A stretch of 64,000 nt of DNA, from positions 3,266 to 67,265 of the forward strand of contig CAYUNP010000002.1 of NCBI GenBank assembly GCA_964446085.1, in the 5' to 3' direction. Under the pieces are notes generated by a model, which ran no database searches, was not told the origin of the DNA, and saw only the letters and a list, made by a program, of their open reading frames with translations. A program made the position numbers and the translations under genes. This DNA is from an uncultured Pirellulaceae bacterium. Its GTDB lineage: Bacteria; Planctomycetota; Planctomycetia; Pirellulales; Pirellulaceae. The stretch's first letter is position 1, and each line of letters starts with the position of its first letter. Below, in pieces: positions 41,803 through 52,013 of the stretch.

Positions 41803-43833
41803 TTATGCTTCCAGTTCTTTCATCAACTCTTCCAGTGCCTGCTCTTCTGACATTGAGGCGACTTCCTGTCCCGTTGTAGAATTTGGTTGCGAAACATCGG
41901 TTAGTTTTTGGAACGCGTTGCCATGTGGTTGAAGTTGTGTCTTGCTCTTGTCGGCTGCTTTATCGGCGCTGACCGTCTTCAATAAAAAATCGGCCAGGTC
42001 ACTGAGTCGCGGATAGTCGAAAACGAGAGTCGCGGGAACTTCGTTTTCCGGTCCAAGTTCGACTTGAATCTGCGAACTCATTTCCACGACCATCAATGAA
42101 TCGAATCCCGCGTCCAGGAATCGGGTATCGGATTCAGGTCGTTCTTCTGATCCGGTGATGGACTGGACCAAGCCCTGCACGAAATTGAGTGAAACTTTTG
42201 GCTGGTCGGCAGCGAAAGCTGACTGAAGTTGTTTGCGAAGCGTAGGAGGGCGAAGTTTTGCAGAAGATACAACTGCTGAATCAGCCGACGATTCCTCACT
42301 TTGTTCAGACACGCCGAGGTTAACTCCTGCGATGTCCATCTCGCGAAGATTTGTCTTGAGGATTTTGCCGGATGGATTACGCGGCAGTTCGTCGATCACG
42401 ACAAACTCGCGAGGCACTTTGTAGTTGGCAAGATTTTCTGAAGCGAGCTTTTGCACGCTGGCATTCAATTGATCATCGGCCTCTTTCCCAGAAGCACCTG
42501 CGACCAGAAACGCGACAACTTTCTCGCCAAAGACATCATCTGGAATTCCAACAACCGCACACTGCGAAACGTCGGAGTGATCGAGCAGGACGCGTTCGAC
42601 TTCTGCCGGATAGACTTTCTGCCCACCAACGGAAATCATGTCTTTGACTCGGTCGACGATATAAAAAAAACCGGTTTCGTCGATACGGCCAATGTCTCCC
42701 GAGTGAAACCAACCGCCTTTGATTGCTGCAGAGGTGTCGTCGGGGCGATTCCAATAACCAAGCATTACGTTTGGACCACGAATCGCGATCTCGCCCAGTT
42801 CGCCTGGCGCGCAAGTCGCACCAGTTTCGGTGTCAACAATTTTCATCTCCACACAGTCAATCGGCGTCCCAATCGAACCGGGGATGAATTTATTCCGATG
42901 GTTGTAACTCGCAAACGGCGAAGTCTCAGTCAGTCCATAGCCTTCGTGGATCGGCAATCCAAACTTTTCCTGCCAACGTTGACCGACCTGAATCGGCAAT
43001 GTTGCGGCGGCCGAGAAACAATAGGTAACCGTGCTCAATTCGGCTGGCTGAAAACTGTCCTGGAATAGCTGGAACATCATCGGCACGCCGTAAAGCTGGG
43101 TGACGCTTTCTTCGGCGATCAACTGCTTGGCTTCTGATGGATCAAACTTTCGCTGCAAAACCAGCGTCGCTCCAACATTAAGAGCCGAATTCAGGAGCGC
43201 GTTTTGACCAAAGCAGTGAAACAACGGCACGGCCAACAAAATGCGATCCTTCGATTGCATGTTGCACAAATGATTGAACGCATGAACATTGGAGCGAACG
43301 TTCATGTGCGAAAGCGTCGCGCCTTTGGCGAATCCCGTTGTGCCTGATGTGTAAAGGATCAACGCGGGATCATCAGGCGCGGCGTCGATCCATTTCTCCG
43401 ACGCAGGCGACGGTTGCGCCAGCGGTTCACCATTGCAAAGGTCGCCCGGATCCGAAGACGCATAACGGTTGGCGACGCAAGCGGGCAAATCAGATTTCAG
43501 TTTGTCCAGTGTCTCGGCCAACGCGACAAAGATCCTGGCTTGGCAATCTTCGACCAGAAACGAAACTTCCGACGCCGCAAGTCGAGTGCTGATGGAAACT
43601 GCGATGGCTCCAATTCTCAGCGTCGCATAATACCAGACAACAAACGCTGGGACGTTAGGCATCATGATCGCAACTCGATCGCCTTGTGCCACGCCTGCCT
43701 CGGCTAACAATCCAGCAACCGAACGCGACATTGAATCGAGTTCTGCGAAAGTAAACCGACGGCCTTCGAATACAATCGCCTCCTTGTCAGGAAACAGTTT
43801 GGCCGTAGCGGTTAGGTGTTCGCAGATGTTCAT
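41803..43833 (-). CDS. Acyl/aryl-AMP (CoA-ligase-type) adenylation domain fused to ACP; PKS loading module
   Basis: YTSGTTGFAKG, PLFHCFG, GYGLTE, GWFHSGDIG and PSGKILK, then ACP GFDSL and an acidic C-terminal docking helix EEQALEELMKELEA. Confidence 0.9.
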   Translation of the reverse strand: MNICEHLTATAKLFPDKEAIVFEGRRFTFAELDSMSRSVAGLLAEAGVAQGDRVAIMMPNVPAFVVWYYATLRIGAIAVSISTRLAASEVSFLVEDCQARIFVALAETLDKLKSDLPACVANRYASSDPGDLCNGEPLAQPSPASEKWIDAAPDDPALILYTSGTTGFAKGATLSHMNVRSNVHAFNHLCNMQSKDRILLAVPLFHCFGQNALLNSALNVGATLVLQRKFDPSEAKQLIAEESVTQLYGVPMMFQLFQDSFQPAELSTVTYCFSAAATLPIQVGQRWQEKFGLPIHEGYGLTETSPFASYNHRNKFIPGSIGTPIDCVEMKIVDTETGATCAPGELGEIAIRGPNVMLGYWNRPDDTSAAIKGGWFHSGDIGRIDETGFFYIVDRVKDMISVGGQKVYPAEVERVLLDHSDVSQCAVVGIPDDVFGEKVVAFLVAGASGKEADDQLNASVQKLASENLANYKVPREFVVIDELPRNPSGKILKTNLREMDIAGVNLGVSEQSEESSADSAVVSSAKLRPPTLRKQLQSAFAADQPKVSLNFVQGLVQSITGSEERPESDTRFLDAGFDSLMVVEMSSQIQVELGPENEVPATLVFDYPRLSDLADFLLKTVSADKAADKSKTQLQPHGNAFQKLTDVSQPNSTTGQEVASMSEEQALEELMKELEA

Positions 43834-43905
43834 TCTTTGGCTTCCGGAAAAGCAGTCGCGCGAAGTCTCGCCAACGCAGCTTCTGATCTATCAAGTTGAA
43901 GTGGA

Positions 43906-43959
43906 GGTTTGTGGAACTGTCCTCAGACAGAATGCCGGCTAAAGCCAGGACGACAAACC
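43906..43959. repeat. Degenerate REP-like palindrome
   Basis: CCGGCTAAAGCCAGGACGACAAACC (43935-59) with a partial complementary arm GGTTTGT..GTCCT at 43906-23. Confidence 0.35.
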
Positions 43960-43978
43960 GAAGTTCTGTTTTGACGCT

Positions 43979-45643
43979 TTATTGAGTTCCTTGCAAAAAA
44001 CTGTGTTCAAACGAATCAAGAATTGGCTTGACGGCTTCAACCACCGCGCCCTCATCCCGAATATTCTGGTGCAGGGCTTCTATATCCTGTTCCAGCCAAC
44101 GATCGGAATCGTCGAACAGGAATGGCCTGTCCTGACCAGGCGAAGAATCAAGAACTTCGTAAACCGCCGAGTAAAGTGGCCGGGCCTGGTCGCCAATCAC
44201 TTTCCTTCCGTCGTAATGTCCGTAGCTGGATTTAGCCCGCATATCGAGAGCCTGAACTCCAAAGATCAACGCGATGGCCGAATATTGCTGGAACAGTTCG
44301 ACTGACTTCCAGGCCAAATTCGCCGCGCCCCAACTCAGCCCATTCACGTTTTGATTGAACTGTTCGGCGTGAGTCGGGAAATGTTCGACCAGCGGATTGG
44401 CGTTGTAGGTCAACATGGGCATAATCGAGTTGCCTGTGATCTGTAACCCCTTGAGCCCCATGTTGTAGGAAAGCGATTCGTTGCCGCGAAGCGACGGAGT
44501 CAGCCCGCCACTGAATTCGGGCGTGACCAGCGACGCAATTTGCACATCGAGATGCTTGGCCATCAGTCCGATGAACCGGCGCAGATCGTCCATCGCGATG
44601 CCAACGTACTGGCCGAGAAAATTTCCACTTTGATAAAACTGCCCCGAAGTCGGATCAATCATCGGGTTATCGGAAACAGAATTCATCTCCGTCTCGACGA
44701 CCCGATTGATGCGTGCAATACCTTCGACGATCGGGCCCATGTATTGAGGCAGGCATCGCAGCGAATAGCGATCCTGGACTTTGATCGGTTTACCGTTGGT
44801 GTGCTCTCGGCCTTCGGCAAGCCAACGTTTTGAGATCTTTGCTGTCCAGATTTGACCGGGGTGCGGTTTGTGTTGATGAACGAAATCGTCAAACGGGCTT
44901 TCATTGACCAGCAGTGCACGTAGCATCAACGACTGTGTTCCAACCGTCAGCGCCATCAAGCTGCGGGCTTCGTAGCTTGCATTGGCTGCGATCGCAGAAG
45001 AGAACGACGTCCCGTTGATGATCGCAAGACCTTCCTTGGGCTGCAATTGAAGTGGCTTCAATCCAAGTTCACGAAGCGCTTCAGCTCCATCGACAACTCG
45101 ATCGCCCATCTGGACTTTGACATGCCCGATGCCGGTGATGGCTCGCGCGATTGCTGACAATGGAACCAGATCGCCGCTGGCACCGATCGAACCGAGCTCA
45201 CGTACGACCGGAGTGGCGTCGGCCTTAAAGAATCGAACCAGGCGATCGATGATCTCCATTCGCACACCCGAGCAACCACGCAGCAAAACGTTGGCTCGCA
45301 AAATCATTGCTGCCCGGACATGACGAGAATCAATTGGCGATCCGGCTGAAGCTGCCAGAAAGGAAAGCAAGTTGTCCTGCGACGCCGCCGCGTGTGAGGA
45401 AGAAATTTCTTCGCCGGCCATTGCTCCAAAGCCAGTCGTAACGCCATAGATTTTTTCGCAGGAAGAAACCGCCTGGGCCACGGTACGTGAAGAAGCCGCG
45501 ATGCGTTCACGAAGAGACTCGTCGTCTTTGATCGAAATTGCCAATTCTTTTTTGGCGACCGCAACAATCGTCTGGATCGATTCCTTGTTCCCGGCGAGCG
45601 ACAGCTCTTTGCCAGAAACAACATTTACTTTTTCGGTCAACAT
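43979..45643 (-). CDS. pal: MIO-dependent aromatic amino acid ammonia-lyase, probably phenylalanine ammonia-lyase
   Basis: IYGVTTGFG, GSIGASGDL (MIO-forming ASG), QDRYSLRCLPQ, SDNP, GNFLGQYVG, HAEQFNQN. The selectivity site reads SFL (Phe-Leu, PAL type). Confidence 0.85.
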   Translation of the reverse strand: MLTEKVNVVSGKELSLAGNKESIQTIVAVAKKELAISIKDDESLRERIAASSRTVAQAVSSCEKIYGVTTGFGAMAGEEISSSHAAASQDNLLSFLAASAGSPIDSRHVRAAMILRANVLLRGCSGVRMEIIDRLVRFFKADATPVVRELGSIGASGDLVPLSAIARAITGIGHVKVQMGDRVVDGAEALRELGLKPLQLQPKEGLAIINGTSFSSAIAANASYEARSLMALTVGTQSLMLRALLVNESPFDDFVHQHKPHPGQIWTAKISKRWLAEGREHTNGKPIKVQDRYSLRCLPQYMGPIVEGIARINRVVETEMNSVSDNPMIDPTSGQFYQSGNFLGQYVGIAMDDLRRFIGLMAKHLDVQIASLVTPEFSGGLTPSLRGNESLSYNMGLKGLQITGNSIMPMLTYNANPLVEHFPTHAEQFNQNVNGLSWGAANLAWKSVELFQQYSAIALIFGVQALDMRAKSSYGHYDGRKVIGDQARPLYSAVYEVLDSSPGQDRPFLFDDSDRWLEQDIEALHQNIRDEGAVVEAVKPILDSFEHSFLQGTQ

Positions 45644-45728
45644 ATCTATGAGTGTAAACGATCCAGGTGCATAACTTGACCCTCAATTGTAGGCGATTTG
45701 AACCGTAATTGTAGTTGGGCGAATAACT

Positions 45729-48700
45729 TCACGCCTCCTGAATGTGACCTGGGCTCACGTTTTGGGCCGTCTCAAAGTTATCCAGCTCCCGTTTTCGATG
45801 CAGCAGCAAATACAATGCGGGCACGAAATAGAGTGCCAGAAACGTAGCCCCGCCAACGCCTCCAGCGATCGTAATCGCGAGCGGCGGCCAGAATTTTCCG
45901 CCGCCAAGTATCAGCGGAGTGAACCCAACGATCGTCGTCAATGTGGTGGCGATGATATGTCGAGTGCAGCCGGAGACCACGCCGACGAGCGATTCCGAGT
46001 CTCCGCAGCGAGCCGAATCATTGCTGCGGATGGCTGCCAGAACCACGATCGAATCGTTGATCGCCACGCCAACCAAACCCATCGTCCCGACGATCGACAT
46101 GAATCCAAATGGAAAACCGAAAACCGAAAGTGCCAACGGTCCCAGGCCAATCGACAGCCCTCCCACGACCGAAACAATAATGGCACAGCGAAACGAATGA
46201 AAGGATGCGACCAGCGTTAACAACATCAGCGCAAACAACACAATCGCATTGGCGATCAAACTGTTAACCGCGTTGGATCGCTGCTCCGTTTCTCCACCCA
46301 GTTCCAGGTCGTAACCAGCTGGCATTGCGAAATCCGCATTTGCCAATCGCTGCCTGAAATCATCCAGAACCGTCGAAGGCAAAACGCCTGCCCGAATGTA
46401 AGCTTTGACTTCGTTCGCACGTCGTCCATCAATTCGAACCACAGCACCAACATCTGACTTGAGCTCAAAGTTTGCCAGGCTGGCCACTGTCGGGTTGGCC
46501 GATGTCGTGGGAGGTCGTCCCGTGGGAGGTCCTGCACCACGCGGCGGCGGTCGACGTCCAGGCGAAGTCAACTGCAATGCCGAAAGCAGGTCCAGTTTTG
46601 AGTCACCGTCGAAATCAAGTTTGACCACTATCGGAAGTTCTTCATTGCCGTCAAAGATCTCTCCGGCAGGTGCACTTTCCAAAGTCGTGTAAAGTTGAGC
46701 TGCGATCTGGGTCTCGGTAAGCCCTGATTTTTTCGTAAGCACTTTGTCAAAATCCAGAGTCAACTTGGGTATCGTTTCTTCCAAATCCGATCGTGTATGA
46801 ATCACGTTGGGCGTTTGACTCAACAGCAGCCGCAATTGCGACCCAATCTGTTGTAGCGTTGCCAGGTCCGGCCCGACCACACGGACTTCAATCGGAGCAT
46901 CAAAAGGTGGGCCCTGCTCCAGTTGCCGAACAATCACGCGACTATCAAGTACGCTTGCGTCGATAGCTTCCTGCAGATCGTTGACGACATCGTCGGTCGC
47001 CAGGCCATCGCCAACATCCACAATCGCCTGAGCATAAAACGCCGTGCCTCTACGGCGTGGCACAACGTTGTAGTAGAACGTCGGTGCACTGCCGCCCAGG
47101 AACCAGTGCTGGCGTTTCACATTCTCGTTTTCGGAAACCACTTTTCGAATTGAATCAACCGATGAGCGGACAGCCGAAATGGAATCACGAGCTGACCGTT
47201 CGACTTCGATTTGAATCTGATCCCGATCCGATCGGGGAAAGAACTGCTGAGGCAATTTCCGGGCGACCGCAAACCCGACGATCGGCAATACGATTCCAAG
47301 CAGGATTCCAACCAGCGGGAACCGAAAAACCCAACTCAACGACCTTTCGTAGATCTCTTGCAGCACGCCGATCTTTATTCCGTAGCTGACCAGCCCACGT
47401 TGGTGTGGGTTAATATTGAGCAATGCATTGACCGGCGGAATCAGCGTCATCGCCAGCACAAAGGAAGCGCAAATCGCCAGAATGACACTCACGGCAATCG
47501 AACCTACGAACTCACCCGAGGGGCCCGGCAAAGTCGCAATCGGCAGAAATGCCAACGCGGTTGTCAACGTTGAACCAAACAATGGCATGCCGAGATGACG
47601 CACCGAACCTGTGATGGACTGCTGTGGAGATTCACCATTGACGATCCGTGTTCGAACTTCTTCCACGATCACGATCGCATTATCGATCAGCAGCCCGAGC
47701 GCCACGATCAATCCTGTCACTGACATTTGATGAATCGGAATCGAAAGGGCTCGCATGCCCGTGATCACCATCAGTGCCGACAGGGGCAAAGCCATTCCAA
47801 CCACCAGCATGCTGCGCCACCCCATCAACAGCAGAACCACCAGCGCCACTGCAGCGGTACCGACACCGAGGTTCTGCACCAGTGTCAACATTCGCTGATT
47901 GATGTGTCTCTGTTGCGAAAACAGAATCCGGGCTTCGGCTTCTTCGGAGTAATCCAGGTTGAAACTTTCGATCACTGATTCCAATCCAGTCGCCCATCGG
48001 TCAATCTGCTGGTCGTCGTTGGCGAACGCTCCAAGCACAATCGCACGTTGGCCATCGACCAGCGCCAGATTGCCAGCGGGGTCCAGTAACCGTTTCTCAA
48101 TATTGGCGATCTGCGAGAGCGCGATTGACTGCCCACTGCTACCGTGCGAAACCAGTACGTTGGCGATCCGGTTGCTGGGCAAGTCGGGTTTCTCAATATC
48201 GACAAGCGTTGCAGCTCCGTCGTTGCGCAGGTGGCCGCCGGGTTGTTTTGAGTTTTCCTGCCTGATTTGAGAAGCGATCGCAGCCAGCGAAGTATTCAAC
48301 GAAGCCAGAGTTGCAGGATCAAGTTCGGCGACGAGTTGTTCGCCCGGATCTCCAAACACATCGACTTTCCCGGTTCCCGAAATTTCAAGAATCTGATTGC
48401 GAAGTTGCTTTGCCAGGCGACGTGAAAGCGAAACGTCATCAGGGTTACTGCTGGACTTGATCGCAATGATTGCCGAATAGGCTTTCAGTGGAAACACCTC
48501 CAACTGCGGATCAAAACAGGACTCCGGCAAGCGACCACTGACGTCCGTGATGCGACTTCGCAGCAGCGTCCAAACCCGTTCAACATCGTCGACTTCATCC
48601 TTGAGTTCGACGACGATATTGGAGATACCCGTTCGGCAGTTGGATCGAACCTGCTTGATTTCAGCAACACTGGTCAGCAACTCCTCAATCGGAATCGTGA

Positions 48701-48884
48701 CCAAAGCTTCGACCTGACTGGCGTCGGCACCCGGGAAAACGGTGCTGATAACGGCAACCCGTTTGCCAAGAATGGGATCTTCAAGCCGCGGCATCACCGT
48801 CAGCGACGTCAAACCGGCAACCACAATCGTGCCGATCAAAAGCAACAGGATCCGCGGATTCTTGTACAGAAACGTTGCGATCAC
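45729..48884 (-). CDS. RND efflux permease (AcrB-like)
   Basis: [28 protein letters not shown], 12-TM pattern, 1051 aa. GTG start overlaps the MFP stop. Confidence 0.92.
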   Translation of the reverse strand: MIATFLYKNPRILLLLIGTIVVAGLTSLTVMPRLEDPILGKRVAVISTVFPGADASQVEALVTIPIEELLTSVAEIKQVRSNCRTGISNIVVELKDEVDDVERVWTLLRSRITDVSGRLPESCFDPQLEVFPLKAYSAIIAIKSSSNPDDVSLSRRLAKQLRNQILEISGTGKVDVFGDPGEQLVAELDPATLASLNTSLAAIASQIRQENSKQPGGHLRNDGAATLVDIEKPDLPSNRIANVLVSHGSSGQSIALSQIANIEKRLLDPAGNLALVDGQRAIVLGAFANDDQQIDRWATGLESVIESFNLDYSEEAEARILFSQQRHINQRMLTLVQNLGVGTAAVALVVLLLMGWRSMLVVGMALPLSALMVITGMRALSIPIHQMSVTGLIVALGLLIDNAIVIVEEVRTRIVNGESPQQSITGSVRHLGMPLFGSTLTTALAFLPIATLPGPSGEFVGSIAVSVILAICASFVLAMTLIPPVNALLNINPHQRGLVSYGIKIGVLQEIYERSLSWVFRFPLVGILLGIVLPIVGFAVARKLPQQFFPRSDRDQIQIEVERSARDSISAVRSSVDSIRKVVSENENVKRQHWFLGGSAPTFYYNVVPRRRGTAFYAQAIVDVGDGLATDDVVNDLQEAIDASVLDSRVIVRQLEQGPPFDAPIEVRVVGPDLATLQQIGSQLRLLLSQTPNVIHTRSDLEETIPKLTLDFDKVLTKKSGLTETQIAAQLYTTLESAPAGEIFDGNEELPIVVKLDFDGDSKLDLLSALQLTSPGRRPPPRGAGPPTGRPPTTSANPTVASLANFELKSDVGAVVRIDGRRANEVKAYIRAGVLPSTVLDDFRQRLANADFAMPAGYDLELGGETEQRSNAVNSLIANAIVLFALMLLTLVASFHSFRCAIIVSVVGGLSIGLGPLALSVFGFPFGFMSIVGTMGLVGVAINDSIVVLAAIRSNDSARCGDSESLVGVVSGCTRHIIATTLTTIVGFTPLILGGGKFWPPLAITIAGGVGGATFLALYFVPALYLLLHRKRELDNFETAQNVSPGHIQEA

Positions 48885-49945
48885 TCGCCGTCTCCTGAAC
48901 CCGGTTTCGTAAACCGCTCCGACACATCGACTGTTTTAACTGTTTGCCCCGGCACGATTCGGTGCGTCCCGTTTACGATTACAAATTCGCCATCGCCAAG
49001 GCTACCTTGTGCCAGCGCCCATTCGTCTTCAAGTTGCACGATCTCAAGCATCTTGCGTCGAACCTGGAAGGTACTGACATTCGATTCCGACTCAGCCACA
49101 GCCCCCTTCGTCGCCACAAGGGCCGACCAGAGTCCGGTTGATTCGCGGGCCAGAGCTGAGACCGGAATCCAGTATCCGGTATTGTCGGTAGAAGTCAGGA
49201 ACAGAATCTTCACCGTCTGACCAAACGACCAACTTGCTGGCTCAATGGGATCCGTCACCTGAAATGAAACGATCCGGCTTCCCACCGTTGACTCAAAAAG
49301 CGATTGGCTCTTAACAGCAGCCTTAACCGAATCCTCGCCAATGACGATCCACACCGTGCTTCCAACATCCAGTCCCTGAGCAATCTCCAGCGGAAGATTT
49401 GCTTCAACGAGAACAGGGAGTTCTTCAACGATCGTGACGATTGGCGATTGCGGAGAAACCAGGTCACCCACCGCCGCGTTTTGTGTCGCGATGACGCAAT
49501 CGTAGGGCGCGACCAGGTTTCCTTTTTCGAGTTCCAGTTCAACAGCTGCCAGTTGAGCCTGAAGCTGCCCAAGGCTGGCCTGATTCCCCTGAACCCCCTG
49601 TGCTTCCTCAATTGACTTTTCAACGTCGGATTTCTGTTGCTCCAGTTGCTCCAACTCGAGGGAGGCAATTTGTTCGCCAGATTTGAATTTCTGGCCGACT
49701 TCCTTGAGCAGAGATTTGATTCGCCCGGCCTGGCCAAAGCGCAGCTGGCTTTGGCGATTTGGCTTAAGGGTGCCAAAGAAGGCCGATGTCTCAATCGCGC
49801 CCTCGACGCGCGTCACCTTGATTACGTTGACGTTCACAACAGATGGGCTGCGAACCGCCAGCGCTGAGCTTTCCCGATCGCAACCGGAAACCGTCACGCT
49901 CAACAGCAGCAACAGGAGCAGTTTTGGGCTCAAGTCATTTGACAT
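48881..49945 (-). CDS. RND membrane fusion protein (periplasmic adaptor), lipoprotein
   Basis: Lipobox VTVSGC; LRFGQAGRI, LVAPYDCVI, VIVNGTHRIVPGQTV. Confidence 0.88.
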   Translation of the reverse strand: MSNDLSPKLLLLLLLSVTVSGCDRESSALAVRSPSVVNVNVIKVTRVEGAIETSAFFGTLKPNRQSQLRFGQAGRIKSLLKEVGQKFKSGEQIASLELEQLEQQKSDVEKSIEEAQGVQGNQASLGQLQAQLAAVELELEKGNLVAPYDCVIATQNAAVGDLVSPQSPIVTIVEELPVLVEANLPLEIAQGLDVGSTVWIVIGEDSVKAAVKSQSLFESTVGSRIVSFQVTDPIEPASWSFGQTVKILFLTSTDNTGYWIPVSALARESTGLWSALVATKGAVAESESNVSTFQVRRKMLEIVQLEDEWALAQGSLGDGEFVIVNGTHRIVPGQTVKTVDVSERFTKPGSGDGE

Positions 49946-50032
49946 GAAACATCAGGGCGTGAAATGTCGGTTGACCAGTTTGATTGACCCAGGAAAGAAA
50001 GTCCCAACAAACCTTTTGACGGGCGGTTTGAG

Positions 50033-50112
50033 CGGAGGACACGGGGGTCGAACCCGCAACCCTTGCGGGCAACTGATTTCGAATCAGCCTGCTAGCCATT
50101 CGCTTATCCTCC
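50033..50112 (-). tRNA. tRNA-Ser (anticodon CGA), class II, CCA not encoded
   Basis: Acceptor GGAGGAT/GTCCTCC plus discriminator G; anticodon arm GCTGA-TTCGAAA-TCAGT; variable arm GCCC-GCAA-GGGT; T-arm GCGGG-TTCGACC-CCCGT. The D-arm is short and atypical. Confidence 0.85.
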
Positions 50113-50371
50113 AAAAATTCTGCGTCGTGAAAGCAGGATGCGAACCGGGTAATCAGGTTCGGCAGGCCGTCATCTTAGTTTAAAAACAGCTGAAATTTCA
50201 AGGCTTTGCGACAAAGTTAGCAGTCTTGGGGCTCGGAAGATGTGGGGTAGGGCCGGTCAGTGAAAATATGCTAACGTGCGATCGAGCCAATACTGGTCGA
50301 ACAAAATCGGCTGGGATGCGTATTGGCTCAGCCCGCAGGATGCGGACTCGAACTTTCCATGGACGGAACCG

Positions 50372-51448
50372 ATGTCGCGATATTGCTTTCTCATTCTCGT
50401 TGCAGTTTTCCTATCTGCGATCTGCGCTGAATCAACTTTGGCCCAACGACAGTTTCGCTACTCCACAAACAACTTCATTGTGATAGCGCCTGACGCGGCT
50501 TTTGCCAAAAAGGTCGGCACTGAAGCAGAGAGATTTCGAAAAGAGCTGGCAATCCAATGGCTCGATGCAGAACTTCCTCAATGGACCGAGAAGTGTCCGA
50601 TTCAGGTTTCTTTGGCACCGCACGCCGGCGGCGAAACGAGTTTTGCATTCATGTACAGCGGTAACCAGCGGGGTGAACCCACTAGCTGGGACATGAAGAT
50701 CTTTGGCACGCCAGATCGAATGCTGGATTCCGTTTTGCCTCATGAAATCACGCACACTATTTTCGCTACCTATTTTCGCAGACCGTTGCCAAGATGGGCT
50801 GATGAGGGAGCATGCACAACGGTCGAACATCAGGTGGAGAAGAAAAAGAACCACGGAATGTTGATTCACTTTCTCACCTCCAAGCCTTCGCGTGGTATTC
50901 CGTTCAATCGCATGTTTACGATGAAAGACTATCCACGCGATATTCTGCCACTGTATGCACAGGGATTTAGCGTTGCGAAGTATCTGATTATGGAAAAAGG
51001 AAGAAAGCACTTTCTGGAATACGTAAACGCTGGCATGAATATGGAACAACGCGGCCGTGAACTGGCTGCATGGAATCGCGCGACCCAGCAATACTACGGC
51101 TATCAGGATCTTTCCGAACTTCAGGTCAGATGGGAGAAGTGGGTGGCTGACGGAAGCGTGGAGAAGCCCATTCCGCCAAACAATCCTGCGGTTCAAGTCG
51201 CCGACGCACGAGGCCCGCAGAGAAACGCACCTGCAAAACAACCAGTTAGAGATCAAAACATCTCGCGAATTGCAGGCAAGCCCGAATCCAATCAGGATGG
51301 GCCGGATACTGGAGATGGTTTGGCGTCAATGAATCAAGGCTGGTATGCGAAGCAAATGAAAGTCGGTCGGAGATACCCGCCGACGCAGCAAGAATCGAAA
51401 ACACCTGCCGAGCCGCGATCCGCTGCTGGTCAAACGATTTGGCGCTAG
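50372..51448 (+). CDS. Secreted gluzincin/peptidase MA-like metalloprotease-domain protein
   Basis: Signal peptide from ATG 50372; VLPHEITHTIF (HExxH) and PRWADEG. Confidence 0.75.
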   Translation: MSRYCFLILVAVFLSAICAESTLAQRQFRYSTNNFIVIAPDAAFAKKVGTEAERFRKELAIQWLDAELPQWTEKCPIQVSLAPHAGGETSFAFMYSGNQRGEPTSWDMKIFGTPDRMLDSVLPHEITHTIFATYFRRPLPRWADEGACTTVEHQVEKKKNHGMLIHFLTSKPSRGIPFNRMFTMKDYPRDILPLYAQGFSVAKYLIMEKGRKHFLEYVNAGMNMEQRGRELAAWNRATQQYYGYQDLSELQVRWEKWVADGSVEKPIPPNNPAVQVADARGPQRNAPAKQPVRDQNISRIAGKPESNQDGPDTGDGLASMNQGWYAKQMKVGRRYPPTQQESKTPAEPRSAAGQTIWR

Positions 51449-51506
51449 GTAGCTTTCTCTCGATCGCGAACAATACGAGCACGAAGCGCAAATTTTGATG
51501 CTGCGC

Positions 51507-51573
51507 GATTGTCGCCTTTCGCTCCGCGAATGTTCGTCCGGACCGCACTTTCGCGGAGCAAAAGGCGACGATC
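51507..51573. repeat. REP-like inverted repeat (second family)
   Basis: GATTGTCGCCTTTCGCTCCGCGAA (51507-30) versus TTCGCGGAGCAAAAGGCGACGATC (51550-73): 22/24 complementary. Confidence 0.75.
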
Positions 51574-51763
51574 GTCCCGCCTTCAAGCAAATTCGGATGG
51601 CTCCGTGATAGCACTTTTGGAACGATGTCAAAGTTTATCGAATATTCAGTTCATGCCGATTAAACTTTCGCTCCCGTTGATGCCGAAGATTTGGGTAAGC
51701 AAAGCCAAGATGGCTCGCTTGACACTGGATCAATTACTTTAAGTACATCACGGAGGAAAAGAC

Positions 51764-51982
51764 ATGCGTCGATTTTTTGTTGCGGCGCTGTTGGCAATTT
51801 CACTCAGCAGTAGCGTCGGTTGTTTCTTGGCCGCCTACGATGCCGATCCAGCAGTTCGAGCTCGTCAGTTAATGTTCACTTCGGAAGAGCTTCGACAGCT
51901 CCGCGAAGAATGGCATCGATTCTGGCTGCTTGACCAACCAAATCATATGTATCCGTACAACACGCATGGCGGCGTGATTTAA
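51764..51982 (+). CDS. Small lipoprotein
   Basis: GGAGG RBS, lipobox SSVGC, EWHRFWLLDQPNHM..HGG, followed by an intrinsic terminator. Confidence 0.8.
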   Translation: MRRFFVAALLAISLSSSVGCFLAAYDADPAVRARQLMFTSEELRQLREEWHRFWLLDQPNHMYPYNTHGGVI

Positions 51983-52013
51983 CGATCCGGATACGAATTC
52001 GTTCGCGAATCTA

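Noticed and set aside
43979-45643. Annotation as histidine ammonia-lyase (hutH)
   Set aside because: The selectivity residues are Phe-Leu rather than Ser-His, no hut genes are nearby, and the context is biosynthetic.
50033-50112. Possibility that the tRNA is tRNA-Sec serving the UGA gene
   Set aside because: The anticodon is CGA, not UCA, and the acceptor stem is 7 bp.
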